Positions 15,909 to 25,759 of a stretch of DNA of 64,000 nucleotides are shown here, piece after piece. A model generated the notes under the pieces. That model made no database searches and was not told the DNA's origin. It saw nothing but the letters and a program-made list of their open reading frames with translations. The position numbers and the translations under genes were made by a program. The stretch comes from a virus (Duplodnaviria > Caudoviricetes): positions 1 through 64,000 of IMG/VR virus record IMGVR_UViG_3300033072_001172; one strand, given 5' to 3'. How positions within the stretch are numbered: position 1 is the stretch's first letter; every line of letters begins with the position of its first letter.

Positions 15909-16973
15909 ATGCCGGACTACATCACAGTCGATAACGCCAGCAATCTCATGATCAATGGCGGGTTCGAGGAAGACACCCCAGTCGGTAGCGATCCTGTGGG
16001 TTGGGTGTTTCGCGACGTGTTGTTCTCGGCGCCGGCAGTGTCCGCCGGGGACGTGTGCCCTGTGAATACGGATCTGCTGCAGGCAACCGACCGCCCACGC
16101 AACAGCTGGTTCCGTGACGTGGTGCCACAACGCCAACCCGGCTACCGCAGCTTTGTCCAGTTCACCGTTGCCGGCGACTTCCTGGAGATCCGCCCGGATC
16201 TGTTCAATCGAAGCGGCTTCAACCCGTTTGCGATTGGTCAGCTGCCGCTTCCGCCGTTTTCGCCTGCGTTCCAGCAACCTGCATTTGTGTCTTACTTCGA
16301 CGATCTCGCGTACAACCTGACCTTTTCCATCGAGGTCCTGCGGGGTCGCGGGCGCATCGAAACGTACCAGGAGTGGCAAGGCACCAACCAGGTCTACGCG
16401 ATCAACGACGCCGGCGCTGACGCAACAAGCGCACGGGATCTGATCGTGACCGGTCTTGGCGAGGGCGCCTGGACTCGTTTATCGTTCAACGGGCGCTTCG
16501 GCTGGTTCGTGCCCGGCGTGGGCATACCCGCACGTGTTGACCAGTATCTGCTGGGTCCCGTGCTCCGTTTCACCAAGCAAAGTCAGGATGCGTTTGTGTT
16601 CCGCTTCACAGCGTGCGGTGCGTACCGCGGGCACTACACCGAGGTGCCGTACGCAGGTAACCTGGCGTACCTGATGGAGCCCCGCGGCACAATCTACATC
16701 AGCCATGGCAGCAAGTGCCCTCCTGGGTTTCGGGAAGCTGACTTGTCGTCTGACTTCTTGAAGGTAACCAGCGACAATGACGTGATGACGACCGGCGGCT
16801 CAGAAACCCATACGCACAACATGCCGGTGAAAGCAGTCAGTCTGGCGAAAACGAGCGGTTTCCAGGATTCGGCGCAACGTGAGATCACACGCGCCACCGA
16901 CCACTCGCATCCGGTCGGCGAGGGGTTGTCGGTTCCGCCATCGCGGACAGTCGCGGTGTGCATCAAGTACTAG
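15909..16973 (+). CDS. tail fibre / receptor-binding-like protein
   Basis: N-terminal NLMINGGFE (CBM-like), collar-like CPPGF, GGSETHTH and DHSH metal motifs, C-terminal VPPSRTVAVCIK. Confidence 0.7.
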   Translation: MPDYITVDNASNLMINGGFEEDTPVGSDPVGWVFRDVLFSAPAVSAGDVCPVNTDLLQATDRPRNSWFRDVVPQRQPGYRSFVQFTVAGDFLEIRPDLFNRSGFNPFAIGQLPLPPFSPAFQQPAFVSYFDDLAYNLTFSIEVLRGRGRIETYQEWQGTNQVYAINDAGADATSARDLIVTGLGEGAWTRLSFNGRFGWFVPGVGIPARVDQYLLGPVLRFTKQSQDAFVFRFTACGAYRGHYTEVPYAGNLAYLMEPRGTIYISHGSKCPPGFREADLSSDFLKVTSDNDVMTTGGSETHTHNMPVKAVSLAKTSGFQDSAQREITRATDHSHPVGEGLSVPPSRTVAVCIKY

Positions 16974-16980
16974 GAGCGGC

Positions 16981-19044
16981 ATGCCTGGTGTTGACACATT
17001 GAATTTGCACTCAACGTTCGGTCGCCTGCGCAATCCGCAAGGCACACGCCGTTGGGGCTTCTGGGAGCAGCTACCGGCCAAGAGCATGCCCGGGCCGACA
17101 CGGTTGACCCAGGAATTGATGGTTGCCGCACAGAACTTCGGCGTGAATAATTTGGCGCCGACCCGTTTTGCGCCCGACGCCGCTACCCGGGTGTACCAGA
17201 CGGTGGCCGGCCAGGATTGGTGGGTGCGCCCGGCGGCCCGTTGGCTTGAGGTTGATGTGACGGTGGCCGGTACCGTAGCCACAATCACCGCGCTCACAGG
17301 CAATCCTTTCACACTGGTTGACCCGATCGTTCCGTCGGTTCAGATCACGGCGAAAGTCGGCGAAGACATCGTTGTGGAAGCTGCCGGAACGCGGTACGAG
17401 TTGAAGATTGTCGGCGTGCAGCCCAACCTGGTGACGGCGGTGGCCAAGACTGGCGGAACACTGCCGCCGCCCATGGCCGGTGTCTACGCCTATCACAGGC
17501 TCGATGCGTACTTTCTTGAGCTCACCACGACGTTCGTCGTTCCGGATACGGAACTGGCGCCGTTGCGCATCCGTAGCGGTGTGCGACTGGTGTACTACTC
17601 GTCGGGCACCCCGGTCAACCAGGATTATTCTGCGGTCAAAATCCGGTCACTCACCGGGTCACCGACCTACGCTACCACACCCGTGCAGGGTGACAGGTTC
17701 AACACCGCCGTCGCCACCGGTTACACGCAGGTTGCGGAGCTGTTCCAGATCGCAGTGGCGCGTGTGCCTGACGAGCTTCGCTTGTTTTTTACGGTAGGAC
17801 CTGTGCCAGGCCGGTTCGCCATGCCCGCACTGTACCACGGCGACATGATCAACGTGTCGGTGCCGGTGGTACCGAACATTCTGGCGACGCCGCCGGCCAA
17901 CACGGTTGACCAGCAACAACTTGCTCCGGTGGATCCGCTGGACGCATACACCGCGACAGGTGATGTTGTGATGGTAGCTGCAGGCCAGCAGTGTCCGCCG
18001 GGCTACGAGAACGTGGCGCAGGTGGATTCGGGGTTCAACGCGAATTTCGTCCGTTGGGAAGCCGGAGCATCGAATGGTCAGATTGCCGCCATTCCGTTTG
18101 CATTGTCGGTTACGTCGAACGTCTCCACGTTTACCGGGTCGTTGCCGCACACGACACCCGCTCAACACTCGCTCGCCGGTGCGCAGAACAACAGCTCTAC
18201 CTATGAACTTCTGGTGATCCGCCAGGGCAAGCGATTTGCGTACAGGGTCCCGCGGATTCAGTTCTCCAGTGCTGGTGTCATCACGTTCCAGATTCCGGCG
18301 GATCTGCGGTTCCTGCTCGACCTGACCGGTCCTGATCGCGTCACCGGCTATCTGTACCAGTCGGGCATGCTGCGACGTGCCGCGCTAAGCGAGGCCGGCG
18401 GCTACCGTAAGCCCAGCGTGTCCGACGTGAATGTCGAGATGGTGCAGTGGTCCTACTCCGACGAGGGCCCGCCGTCACCGTTTGCCGCCGAGTCGGCCTT
18501 GCGCGGGTTGACGCTTCCGCAACAGGACGGTTACGCCTGGCTCGACCGTATCGCGGTGCCCAACCCGGAACTGTTCCAGGTCAACGACCTGGTTCGTTTT
18601 GTCGACGAGAACGGCACGCTGCTTACGCCGCCGGCCGCCGACCGGTTCTTGAGCTCCGCTGTGGCGCGCAACCTGGCACCGTTGATCGCGGGCCTGCCCT
18701 TTGGTCCGGTCTTCCGCGTGTCCGCGGTGAATGCCGCGCAGGGATATCTGCAGCTGGTGAATCCGGATGGCTCACAGACGGACGTGACCGGTTACGTGAT
18801 CGCTTACAACGCAGGCGGCGGTGCGCCATACGACACGAGTCCACCGACCAGTCAAGAAAATTTTTACGAGATCGAACGAGGGTCCGTTGAGCACAATCAC
18901 AGCATCACTACCTCGGACGACCAGGCGATCAAGCCGTACAATCCTGGCGGCCACTGGGTGTCCAAGGTCGACCACTACCACACGATGACCGCGCAGGAAG
19001 TCGTGCCGCCGTACGTGAAGATGATTCTGTGCGCGAGGCTCTAA
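16981..19044 (+). CDS. tail fibre-like protein
   Basis: CPPGY, EHNH, DHYH, VPPYVKMILCARL terminus. Confidence 0.7.
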   Translation: MPGVDTLNLHSTFGRLRNPQGTRRWGFWEQLPAKSMPGPTRLTQELMVAAQNFGVNNLAPTRFAPDAATRVYQTVAGQDWWVRPAARWLEVDVTVAGTVATITALTGNPFTLVDPIVPSVQITAKVGEDIVVEAAGTRYELKIVGVQPNLVTAVAKTGGTLPPPMAGVYAYHRLDAYFLELTTTFVVPDTELAPLRIRSGVRLVYYSSGTPVNQDYSAVKIRSLTGSPTYATTPVQGDRFNTAVATGYTQVAELFQIAVARVPDELRLFFTVGPVPGRFAMPALYHGDMINVSVPVVPNILATPPANTVDQQQLAPVDPLDAYTATGDVVMVAAGQQCPPGYENVAQVDSGFNANFVRWEAGASNGQIAAIPFALSVTSNVSTFTGSLPHTTPAQHSLAGAQNNSSTYELLVIRQGKRFAYRVPRIQFSSAGVITFQIPADLRFLLDLTGPDRVTGYLYQSGMLRRAALSEAGGYRKPSVSDVNVEMVQWSYSDEGPPSPFAAESALRGLTLPQQDGYAWLDRIAVPNPELFQVNDLVRFVDENGTLLTPPAADRFLSSAVARNLAPLIAGLPFGPVFRVSAVNAAQGYLQLVNPDGSQTDVTGYVIAYNAGGGAPYDTSPPTSQENFYEIERGSVEHNHSITTSDDQAIKPYNPGGHWVSKVDHYHTMTAQEVVPPYVKMILCARL

Positions 19045-19045
19045 C

Positions 19046-20041
19046 ATGTTCGGGACACTGCAAGCCAACACCAAGCACGCTGTCAACCGGTTGCTGAACG
19101 GCGGTTTCTACCGAGCCGGAGCACGTCTGCGTGTCGATCTGGTGACTCCGGTGACCGGCGCCACCGGCATCACGGGTGACATTCCGGAATCCGCGATCGA
19201 CGCCAGGACGCTGGACGGCTCGGCGCCGGTGATTGCCATCGAGAGCGAGCGCCCGAAGGAATCATTGCTGGCGGCCTGGTACTGCTACGGAACGCGCGGC
19301 CTTGTGGAGGTAAAAGCAAAGGACACCCGAACGGGGGTCCCGGTGCCGTCCGTGTGCGGCCCGACACCGGCACGCTTCACCCTGCTGGATGACGGAACGC
19401 TGATTGTTGAGCAGCCCATTGTGGAGTTCTGGGGCCTGCTCGACCGCGAGGTCACGCTGTCGTTCCTGCTCAAACGTGATGTCGGCGAACTGACGGTGGC
19501 CGTTGAGTTTGACTACGGAAATTCGGTCGTGACGGTCGCCACGCTGGCCACGCGCAACTATCACGTTGACCGCATTTTCCACGCCGTCGTGACCCCGCCT
19601 TACGACGCCGAACAGTTTGTTGTCCGCTTCCGCCTGACCGGTAAGCGTGACCAGAGCTGCTATCTTGGCGAAGTCATGCTGCAGCTCGGCAACATGACAC
19701 AGCCGCAGTTTACCGACGACATTTCGCTGGCCGCACAGCCCCGGCATTCCCTGGCGTTCTTTGCCGAGTTTCCGGCGCCTCCCGGGTACATCAGCCAGTG
19801 TGAGATCAACGGTCGGTTTATCTATCCGACGGCAGGTGACGCGCGCACCGACGGCACCACACGCGGCAACACGGGCGGGTCGACCCAGCACAATCACGGC
19901 GGCCGTACCAGCAACGACCAGAATCGAACCAAGATCGAAAAAGGCGGACAGTCGTTTGTGTCGCGCACCCACCGGCACGACATCGACATGGCGGAGGTCG
20001 ATCCGCCCTGGATTAAGCTGTTGCTGGTCGAAAAGCTCTAG
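19046..20041 (+). CDS. tail fibre-like protein
   Basis: NRLLNGGF, PPGY, GGSTQHNH, THRH, DPPWIKLLLVEKL. Confidence 0.7.
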   Translation: MFGTLQANTKHAVNRLLNGGFYRAGARLRVDLVTPVTGATGITGDIPESAIDARTLDGSAPVIAIESERPKESLLAAWYCYGTRGLVEVKAKDTRTGVPVPSVCGPTPARFTLLDDGTLIVEQPIVEFWGLLDREVTLSFLLKRDVGELTVAVEFDYGNSVVTVATLATRNYHVDRIFHAVVTPPYDAEQFVVRFRLTGKRDQSCYLGEVMLQLGNMTQPQFTDDISLAAQPRHSLAFFAEFPAPPGYISQCEINGRFIYPTAGDARTDGTTRGNTGGSTQHNHGGRTSNDQNRTKIEKGGQSFVSRTHRHDIDMAEVDPPWIKLLLVEKL

Positions 20042-20076
20042 ACTAGAGTGCCTCGGCGTGTATTGGGGGCAGCGAA

Positions 20077-20361
20077 ATGAGCAAAAAGGCCACACTGTTC
20101 GTCGCCGACAACTGCCCGCATTGTGATTATGCGCTCCCTCGTGTGGTCGAACTTTTCGACGCAGCCGCTATAACTTTAGAAGTGAGGAAAGCACGGCTGC
20201 CGGAATTGCAGAGACTGAATTTGCGAGGTTTTCCCAGTCTTTACATCCCATACGCCGCGCCTCCAGTGATGTTGTCCGGCCGTGACATCGCGGACTGGCT
20301 GACGAAACATCGAGAGGTTTGGAACCCATGCCCACGGGATTCGGCGCCGGCATCACAGTAG
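20077..20361 (+). CDS. glutaredoxin/thioredoxin-fold protein
   Basis: CPHC active site and a cis-Pro-like GFPSL. Confidence 0.75.
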   Translation: MSKKATLFVADNCPHCDYALPRVVELFDAAAITLEVRKARLPELQRLNLRGFPSLYIPYAAPPVMLSGRDIADWLTKHREVWNPCPRDSAPASQ

Positions 20362-21785
20362 TCACCAAGAGTCTGCCCGACGCAATCGTCGGTGTGGCCT
20401 ACGATACCTACACACTTGACGCGCTGGACTACACGCCGCCCATCTCCTGGGCGATCGTAGCCGGCGCCTTGCCGGCCGGCATGGCGATGAATCCGGCAGG
20501 TGAAGTCAGCGGCACTCCGAGCGCTGTCGGCACGTTCAGCGTCACAGTTGAGGCCACAGACGGTGTGGCCGCGACCAAGCAGCAGGTTCTTACGCTTCGC
20601 GTGGCGCCGAATCTCGGCAACATCCGCCGGCACCAGATGGAGGATGTGCTGGAGAACGGCACAAGCGTCGTTCCGATCGAAGGATCCGGCGGCCTGGCGG
20701 ACCTGCGGCGAAAACTGGAACGGCTGCTCAACCGTCTCACAGGCTCGCAGATCGTTGAGCGCTACATGCTCGACGCGGCTGACCTTCAGGTGCGTAACTT
20801 CAACGCCGTGCCGGTACAGTCGATCGAGGATGCGCTGCTGGCGTTGTTCGGCATGATCAGCGGCTTCGCGTCAGGCCTGGATGCTAACGGTGCCGGGGCC
20901 CCGTACGTGTCGGCAGGCGCCAACGATGAGTTCAACATTGTGGGCCTGGGGTCGATCCAGGTCGCCAAAAACATCGGGTTGAACCAGCTGGAAATTTCGT
21001 TCACCGGCGCTCCGCTGTCAGCGCCGTTCACTATGCTGCCGGCGCCGTCCGGTGACATAACCGGTGCGGCCGACACCGCGGCGCTGGTGGCTCTGCTGGC
21101 CGGAGCCACTCAGGACTGGCTGGTGAGCCCGCAAGACGAGACAGACAACCCGTACTACATCAACGCCGACCTGGGGTCTTTCCTGGGAACACGCAAATAC
21201 CGGCTGACCGGTAAAAATCGCAATGCCCTGCGCATTGTCGGCGTCGGAGGTCAGCGCACCTGGTACGAGGTGACCAACATCGAAAATGCCGTGCTGACCG
21301 ACGTACGCATCGGCGGATCGAACAGCGCACTGGTCGCCAACTACGACAATTGCGAAATCTCGCTGAGCGTTGCCGGGGCGCTTGTTGACGCTAACGCAGC
21401 GTACGCGCGTATTCGTCGCAGCCGCATCGCCCTCAGCCACCTCAACGCCATGCTGTTTGATGGCAGCGCTGACGCTGTTCAACTTGAACTGCTCGATTCG
21501 ATCGTGTCGCACTCGGTGGTTGACCCTGCGACTGTACTGATCCTGACTGGCGCTGGCGCGTCACCCGCGTACCTGATGCTGATCGGTAACCACTTTAACC
21601 TGGCGTCCGGTACTGGGCTTGACCTGACAACAGTGCACGCCGACTCAGTGCTTGTCCTGGGCGTAAACAATTGGAATGGCGCGGGTACCGCGATCGAAAG
21701 GGCGACCACACCAGTAACGCTGGCCGGTCGCTACGTGGAAGCCCCGCAGGCTGTCGGTGTCATGACGTTTGAACCAGTGCTGTAA
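20328..21785 (+). CDS. Ig-domain plus beta-helix virion protein (tailspike-like)
   Basis: He_PIG-like LPDAIVGVAY...GALPAGM...SGTP...GTFSVTV; C-terminal beta-helix-like pattern. Confidence 0.65.
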   Translation: MPTGFGAGITVVTKSLPDAIVGVAYDTYTLDALDYTPPISWAIVAGALPAGMAMNPAGEVSGTPSAVGTFSVTVEATDGVAATKQQVLTLRVAPNLGNIRRHQMEDVLENGTSVVPIEGSGGLADLRRKLERLLNRLTGSQIVERYMLDAADLQVRNFNAVPVQSIEDALLALFGMISGFASGLDANGAGAPYVSAGANDEFNIVGLGSIQVAKNIGLNQLEISFTGAPLSAPFTMLPAPSGDITGAADTAALVALLAGATQDWLVSPQDETDNPYYINADLGSFLGTRKYRLTGKNRNALRIVGVGGQRTWYEVTNIENAVLTDVRIGGSNSALVANYDNCEISLSVAGALVDANAAYARIRRSRIALSHLNAMLFDGSADAVQLELLDSIVSHSVVDPATVLILTGAGASPAYLMLIGNHFNLASGTGLDLTTVHADSVLVLGVNNWNGAGTAIERATTPVTLAGRYVEAPQAVGVMTFEPVL

Positions 21786-21803
21786 ACAACAAGGACGCGC
21801 ACC

Positions 21804-22589
21804 ATGTTTGCTGCTTTCATGTTTGCTGCTTTCATGTTGGCTGAGGTACTACTGGTAGAACCGCCGAGATCGATTTCGCTCGCTGGCGAGATTGTGCTGA
21901 TTCTGATGTTTACCGCCGGGACGGCGGTGCTGGCCGCCATTTTCTGGCTCATGCGGAAGATCTGGGTCGAACGCGTGTCCATCTACGAACGGATCGACAA
22001 CATTCAGAAGGATGTGGATTTGCGTTTTGATGCGGGCAAGGATCGCTTTGCCAGGATCGAAAAGGATCTTGCGGAGGTGAAAGCCAGCTTGAAAACCAAT
22101 GAAGCCAGAACCGCGGACAGCGGTGAAACAATTGAGAAGATTGAACGGAAGGTCGACCGCCTGGACGAACGTCTTGACGAAGTCACTGTCAAGCTGGCGA
22201 CCGCGTCCTCCAAGGTTGAACAGGCTGCTGAAACCGTCAATCGAATGGCCGGCGAAGTCGCCAAGTTCTTTACCGACAGCGCGCCAGGACGCGGCATCAC
22301 CGCCAAGCTCAAGCGTGCTGTACGGGAAGTGGTGAAGGTGGACGCGCTGGTCAAGGCGGAAGAAACACTGCACCCGGACGGGGAAGAGAACGACGTGTAC
22401 GTGGCCATGGACGAACAGCCGGTGCAGCCCAAGTCGGCGCCAAGACTACGACCGGTCAACCATCCTCCTTCGGTTCAGGAGCAGCGTAAGACCCAGCCGC
22501 CGCGGGCTAACCATAATCACGACGCGCCGACGCGCCCGTTGATGCGCCGCCGGCAGCCGCCCGAATCACCGGCAACAGGTGACAGCTAA
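21804..22589 (+). CDS. single-TM coiled-coil membrane protein (possible lysis role)
   Basis: Hydrophobic segment then heptad repeats; starts with a 15-nt tandem duplication (MFAAF x2). Confidence 0.6.
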   Translation: MFAAFMFAAFMLAEVLLVEPPRSISLAGEIVLILMFTAGTAVLAAIFWLMRKIWVERVSIYERIDNIQKDVDLRFDAGKDRFARIEKDLAEVKASLKTNEARTADSGETIEKIERKVDRLDERLDEVTVKLATASSKVEQAAETVNRMAGEVAKFFTDSAPGRGITAKLKRAVREVVKVDALVKAEETLHPDGEENDVYVAMDEQPVQPKSAPRLRPVNHPPSVQEQRKTQPPRANHNHDAPTRPLMRRRQPPESPATGDS

Positions 22590-23419
22590 TGGCTCTGACT
22601 CCTCCCGTGATCAGCATCCTGAGCGCCGCCGGCACGACGCTCACGGTGGCCTTTACTGCTGATGCGTTGGCGACTGAAACCGTGTTCTACCTTTTGAACC
22701 CGACGACGGGCGCCGTGTTGATGACTTCTGCCGGGCACACGCCACCGCAAGCGGTGATCGCCGGCCTGACGCCGCAGACGCCGTATGATGTGGTCGCTGT
22801 CAGTTACACCAATCCCGGGCCGAGCGATTTGTCGCCACCTTCGCTGACCAAACAAGTGCGGGCCGCAAGTTGGGACGGCGCGTTGAAGAACGTGATTGTC
22901 GCCGAACCGGTTTTTGGCGCGCGTGCGTATGACCTGTACAACGCGGCAGGCACCGCGCTGCTGCAGTCGGCGTCACCATACCCGACGTTCGTTGACGACC
23001 AGGTGTTCGCGTCGGAGCAGCTGGCGGTACGTGAGCAGTACCTGGTCAAGGCCTACGTGGACGAGACAACCCCGAGCGAGACCCAGATTGTCAAACGGTT
23101 CCGAACCACCAGAGCGTTGTGCCTGGTGTACGGTGACATGGCCATGATGACCGGTTACCCGGGATGGCCAAGCAAGATCGCGTTCCGCCCGAAGCCGTAC
23201 CGGGTGCAGCCATTCGTCCAACAGACACTGCCTATCTTCTGGGACGCGTACGCCTTTCCGAACTATCTGGGACAATGGGGCGTGCACTTGATGAGCGGCA
23301 CGGTTGTCGAGGTGAACTTCTTCGACAAGATCTTCGAGTTCATTGTGCCGTTCGCTGCCCAGGCGGCGTTGACGTCATTGTCGTTGGTGGATCGGTCGCT
23401 GGCGGTCAAGAACACCTAA
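22589..23419 (+). CDS. Fn3-like virion protein
   Basis: GLTPQTPYDVVAVS...S fibronectin-III pattern. Confidence 0.6.
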   Translation: MALTPPVISILSAAGTTLTVAFTADALATETVFYLLNPTTGAVLMTSAGHTPPQAVIAGLTPQTPYDVVAVSYTNPGPSDLSPPSLTKQVRAASWDGALKNVIVAEPVFGARAYDLYNAAGTALLQSASPYPTFVDDQVFASEQLAVREQYLVKAYVDETTPSETQIVKRFRTTRALCLVYGDMAMMTGYPGWPSKIAFRPKPYRVQPFVQQTLPIFWDAYAFPNYLGQWGVHLMSGTVVEVNFFDKIFEFIVPFAAQAALTSLSLVDRSLAVKNT

Positions 23420-23431
23420 ACAAGGACACAC

Positions 23432-24778
23432 GTGGCGACATCACCTCCGACCATTGCTTTTGTGACCACCACCGTCAACGCGGTCACGGTGTCGCTGGTC
23501 CCGCCGACAGACCCGTTGTACTCGCACATGCTGGTGTTCGTGTATGATGTGCTGACTGGCGCCATCGCTCACGCATCCGGTGCAGTGGCGGGCCCGACAT
23601 ACTCGACGCCGCCACTGACGGCCAATCGGGCATACGCTGTGGTTGCTGTGGCGGTAGACACCGGCGGCGAGTACTCACTGCCGTCGAATCAGATGGTCAC
23701 CGCGGAGACCGACACGCACGACACCCACCTGGGTGACCCGAAGGTTGTCATCACGGAAATCGTACAGGAGAGCCGAACCAAAGTTCGCGTGATCTACCGT
23801 CTTGAGGACACCAAGGATCAGATTCTCGGTGAGCTGATTGAGGCCGACTACTCGTTCAACGGGACGTTCAGCGACGCCCAGCGCATGAAGGAATCATCGG
23901 ATGCGCGGCACGAGGGGCGGTTCTACCTTGAGTTTCGTGAGGCACCGTTCATCATCAACCCGCATCACTATTTCATCTGGGACATCAGCGAGCTCCCGGA
24001 CAACACGTACCACACGTTCACGCTGCGTTTCCGTGCAAAGTCCGGGGCGCTGTACTCGGCCCGCGTGACACCAACGATCCTGATCGACACCACAGATCTG
24101 GTCGGCGACATCCCGGTACCTGTCGTTGTCGCGGACACCGAACTGTTGTTCCGTTTACCGGTGTTTCAGGGACAGACGCCGCTGCCTGGCGCCACCGTTA
24201 CCGTGACTGAGATCCGGGACGACACCGACACCGACCTGCTCGGCGCACCCGTGGTGATCCCGGCATTGGCGGCCCCCAACACGCACATCTACGAAGACAC
24301 CATTTCGTTGCCGGTCGGTACTTACCCGCCTGGCCGTTACCGTGTGTTCTTTACGGTGGCCGGCGCCGGCTACAGCGCGACCGGCTCACGCACGTTTGTG
24401 GTGGTCGACACGGATTACGACATCAACTTTGCGCTCGGCGGCGCGAACCTCTGCCTGGTCTACGGCAAGCTCGTCGACAACATGGATCGTCCGCTGGTCA
24501 ACGCGGCCGTTCGCGCTACGTACATCATCGAGGGTAACCGCTACGATCGTGTGTCACTCACGCCCATCACCGTGTATACGAACGAGTACGGTTTCTTCGC
24601 CATGCATCTTCTGCAGAACACCGAAGTGGTACTGGAGATCCAGGATCTGAGGTACGGTCAGCGTGTGAAAGTGCCCGCGCAACGTGCCGCCAACTTCAAC
24701 GAGATCCAGTACAACCAGCCGTCGACACTTGTCCGCGGAAGTTTTGGCCACGTGCTTCCGCCAGAATATCAGGTGTGA
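23432..24778 (+). CDS. Fn3-like virion protein, paralogue of the previous gene
   Basis: LTANRAYAVVAVAVD...SLPS; shared LCLVYG motif. Confidence 0.65.
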   Translation: MATSPPTIAFVTTTVNAVTVSLVPPTDPLYSHMLVFVYDVLTGAIAHASGAVAGPTYSTPPLTANRAYAVVAVAVDTGGEYSLPSNQMVTAETDTHDTHLGDPKVVITEIVQESRTKVRVIYRLEDTKDQILGELIEADYSFNGTFSDAQRMKESSDARHEGRFYLEFREAPFIINPHHYFIWDISELPDNTYHTFTLRFRAKSGALYSARVTPTILIDTTDLVGDIPVPVVVADTELLFRLPVFQGQTPLPGATVTVTEIRDDTDTDLLGAPVVIPALAAPNTHIYEDTISLPVGTYPPGRYRVFFTVAGAGYSATGSRTFVVVDTDYDINFALGGANLCLVYGKLVDNMDRPLVNAAVRATYIIEGNRYDRVSLTPITVYTNEYGFFAMHLLQNTEVVLEIQDLRYGQRVKVPAQRAANFNEIQYNQPSTLVRGSFGHVLPPEYQV

Positions 24779-24780
24779 TC

Positions 24781-24909
24781 ATGACCGATCTGCCGGTAAT
24801 CGCGCGTGTCGTTATCGCCGTTCTCTTTCTGGTGATGTGCGTCGGGCTATTCGTGTGCGGGAACCGGTTGATGGCGGCCGTCCTGGCCTTCCTGGACAAG
24901 CGCAAGTAA
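24781..24909 (+). CDS. 42-aa membrane peptide (not in ORF track)
   Basis: Manual: MTDLPVIARVVIAVLFLVMCVGLFVCGNRLMAAVLAFLDKRK; AGGTG SD. Confidence 0.55.
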   Translation: MTDLPVIARVVIAVLFLVMCVGLFVCGNRLMAAVLAFLDKRK

Positions 24910-24946
24910 AAGAAAAACCGGGAGGGTTGCCCCCGGCTTTTCTTTT
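24908..24946. terminator. bidirectional intrinsic terminator
   Basis: AAAAGAAAA-CCGGG...CCCGG-CTTTTCTTTT between convergent genes. Confidence 0.8.
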
Positions 24947-25355
24947 ACTCTGTCAGCGCTTCGAGGGCGCCGAGCAACTTCTCGGGTGACTTCGCCGCGT
25001 TTACCGCCCTGTTCACCTTCAGGGCAGTGATGATCTCTTCGCGGCTGAACTGTTCCAGCAACTTCTTCAGTTGCGCCAGGTTGTCGTCGCGCTCAGCGCT
25101 GTCGCGCTTGTCGACATCGAATTTCTGTAGAGGATCGATGTCGACTTGCGGCTTGGGCCGGACAGTTTGAACCGGCAGCCCCTGCTGTTTCGCCTTGTTC
25201 AGTCGCTGTGCAGCGGCCCCGCGGGAGATTCCGAAGGCCGTGGCCAGCTTCGCCGCAACCTCGAACGGGCGAAGTTTTTGGATGGTGTCTTTGTTCTCGG
25301 CCAGCCACCGAAGGGTGGCCGCCCTTTTACTAAACCTGAGCATAGACGTGGGCAT
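24945..25355 (-). CDS. putative HTH DNA-binding protein
   Basis: EVAAKLATAFGISRGAAAQRL HTH-like; GGAG SD. Confidence 0.55.
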   Translation of the reverse strand: MPTSMLRFSKRAATLRWLAENKDTIQKLRPFEVAAKLATAFGISRGAAAQRLNKAKQQGLPVQTVRPKPQVDIDPLQKFDVDKRDSAERDDNLAQLKKLLEQFSREEIITALKVNRAVNAAKSPEKLLGALEALTE

Positions 25356-25434
25356 ACTGCTTCTCCAATCAAATGAACACACGAGACACTCAACTACACA
25401 TTGAGCGCCTGTGTGCTCAGGACGGTTCTCATTT

Positions 25435-25443
25435 TCTTATGCC
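25435..25443 (-). promoter_or_regulatory. GGCATAAGA motif
   Basis: TCTTATGCC on +, intergenic. Confidence 0.65.
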
Positions 25444-25455
25444 AGAACTTTTCGG

Positions 25456-25752
25456 TTAATCGGCACTCATCCAGAGCATCAGGTCCTTGATCTTGTTCCA
25501 GTCGGTCCCGTACACATACAGGATTTGGACCGCACCAGAACCTTTGACCGAGATCTTCAACGCTTTCGATTCCTCGGTGACCTTGATGACTCCGGATTTC
25601 ACGCGCCCGACCGGCACAATCCGGTCGATCACAATCTTCGTGACTTCCGGTAGCTTCTTAAGCGCGGCGACGACTTCTTCGGCTTCCTTGATCAGCGTCG
25701 AATGACTGCCGCTGAACTTGTCACCGGCCAGTAAGCGTCGTTTGGTCGACAT
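25456..25752 (-). CDS. DUF2103-like protein
   Basis: KFSGSHSTLI...GAVQILYV signature. Confidence 0.65.
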   Translation of the reverse strand: MSTKRRLLAGDKFSGSHSTLIKEAEEVVAALKKLPEVTKIVIDRIVPVGRVKSGVIKVTEESKALKISVKGSGAVQILYVYGTDWNKIKDLMLWMSAD

Positions 25753-25759
25753 GGGTGTA

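Noticed and set aside
15909-20041. Diversity-generating retroelement acting on the fibre tips
   Set aside because: No reverse transcriptase and no TR/VR pair with adenine-specific differences seen
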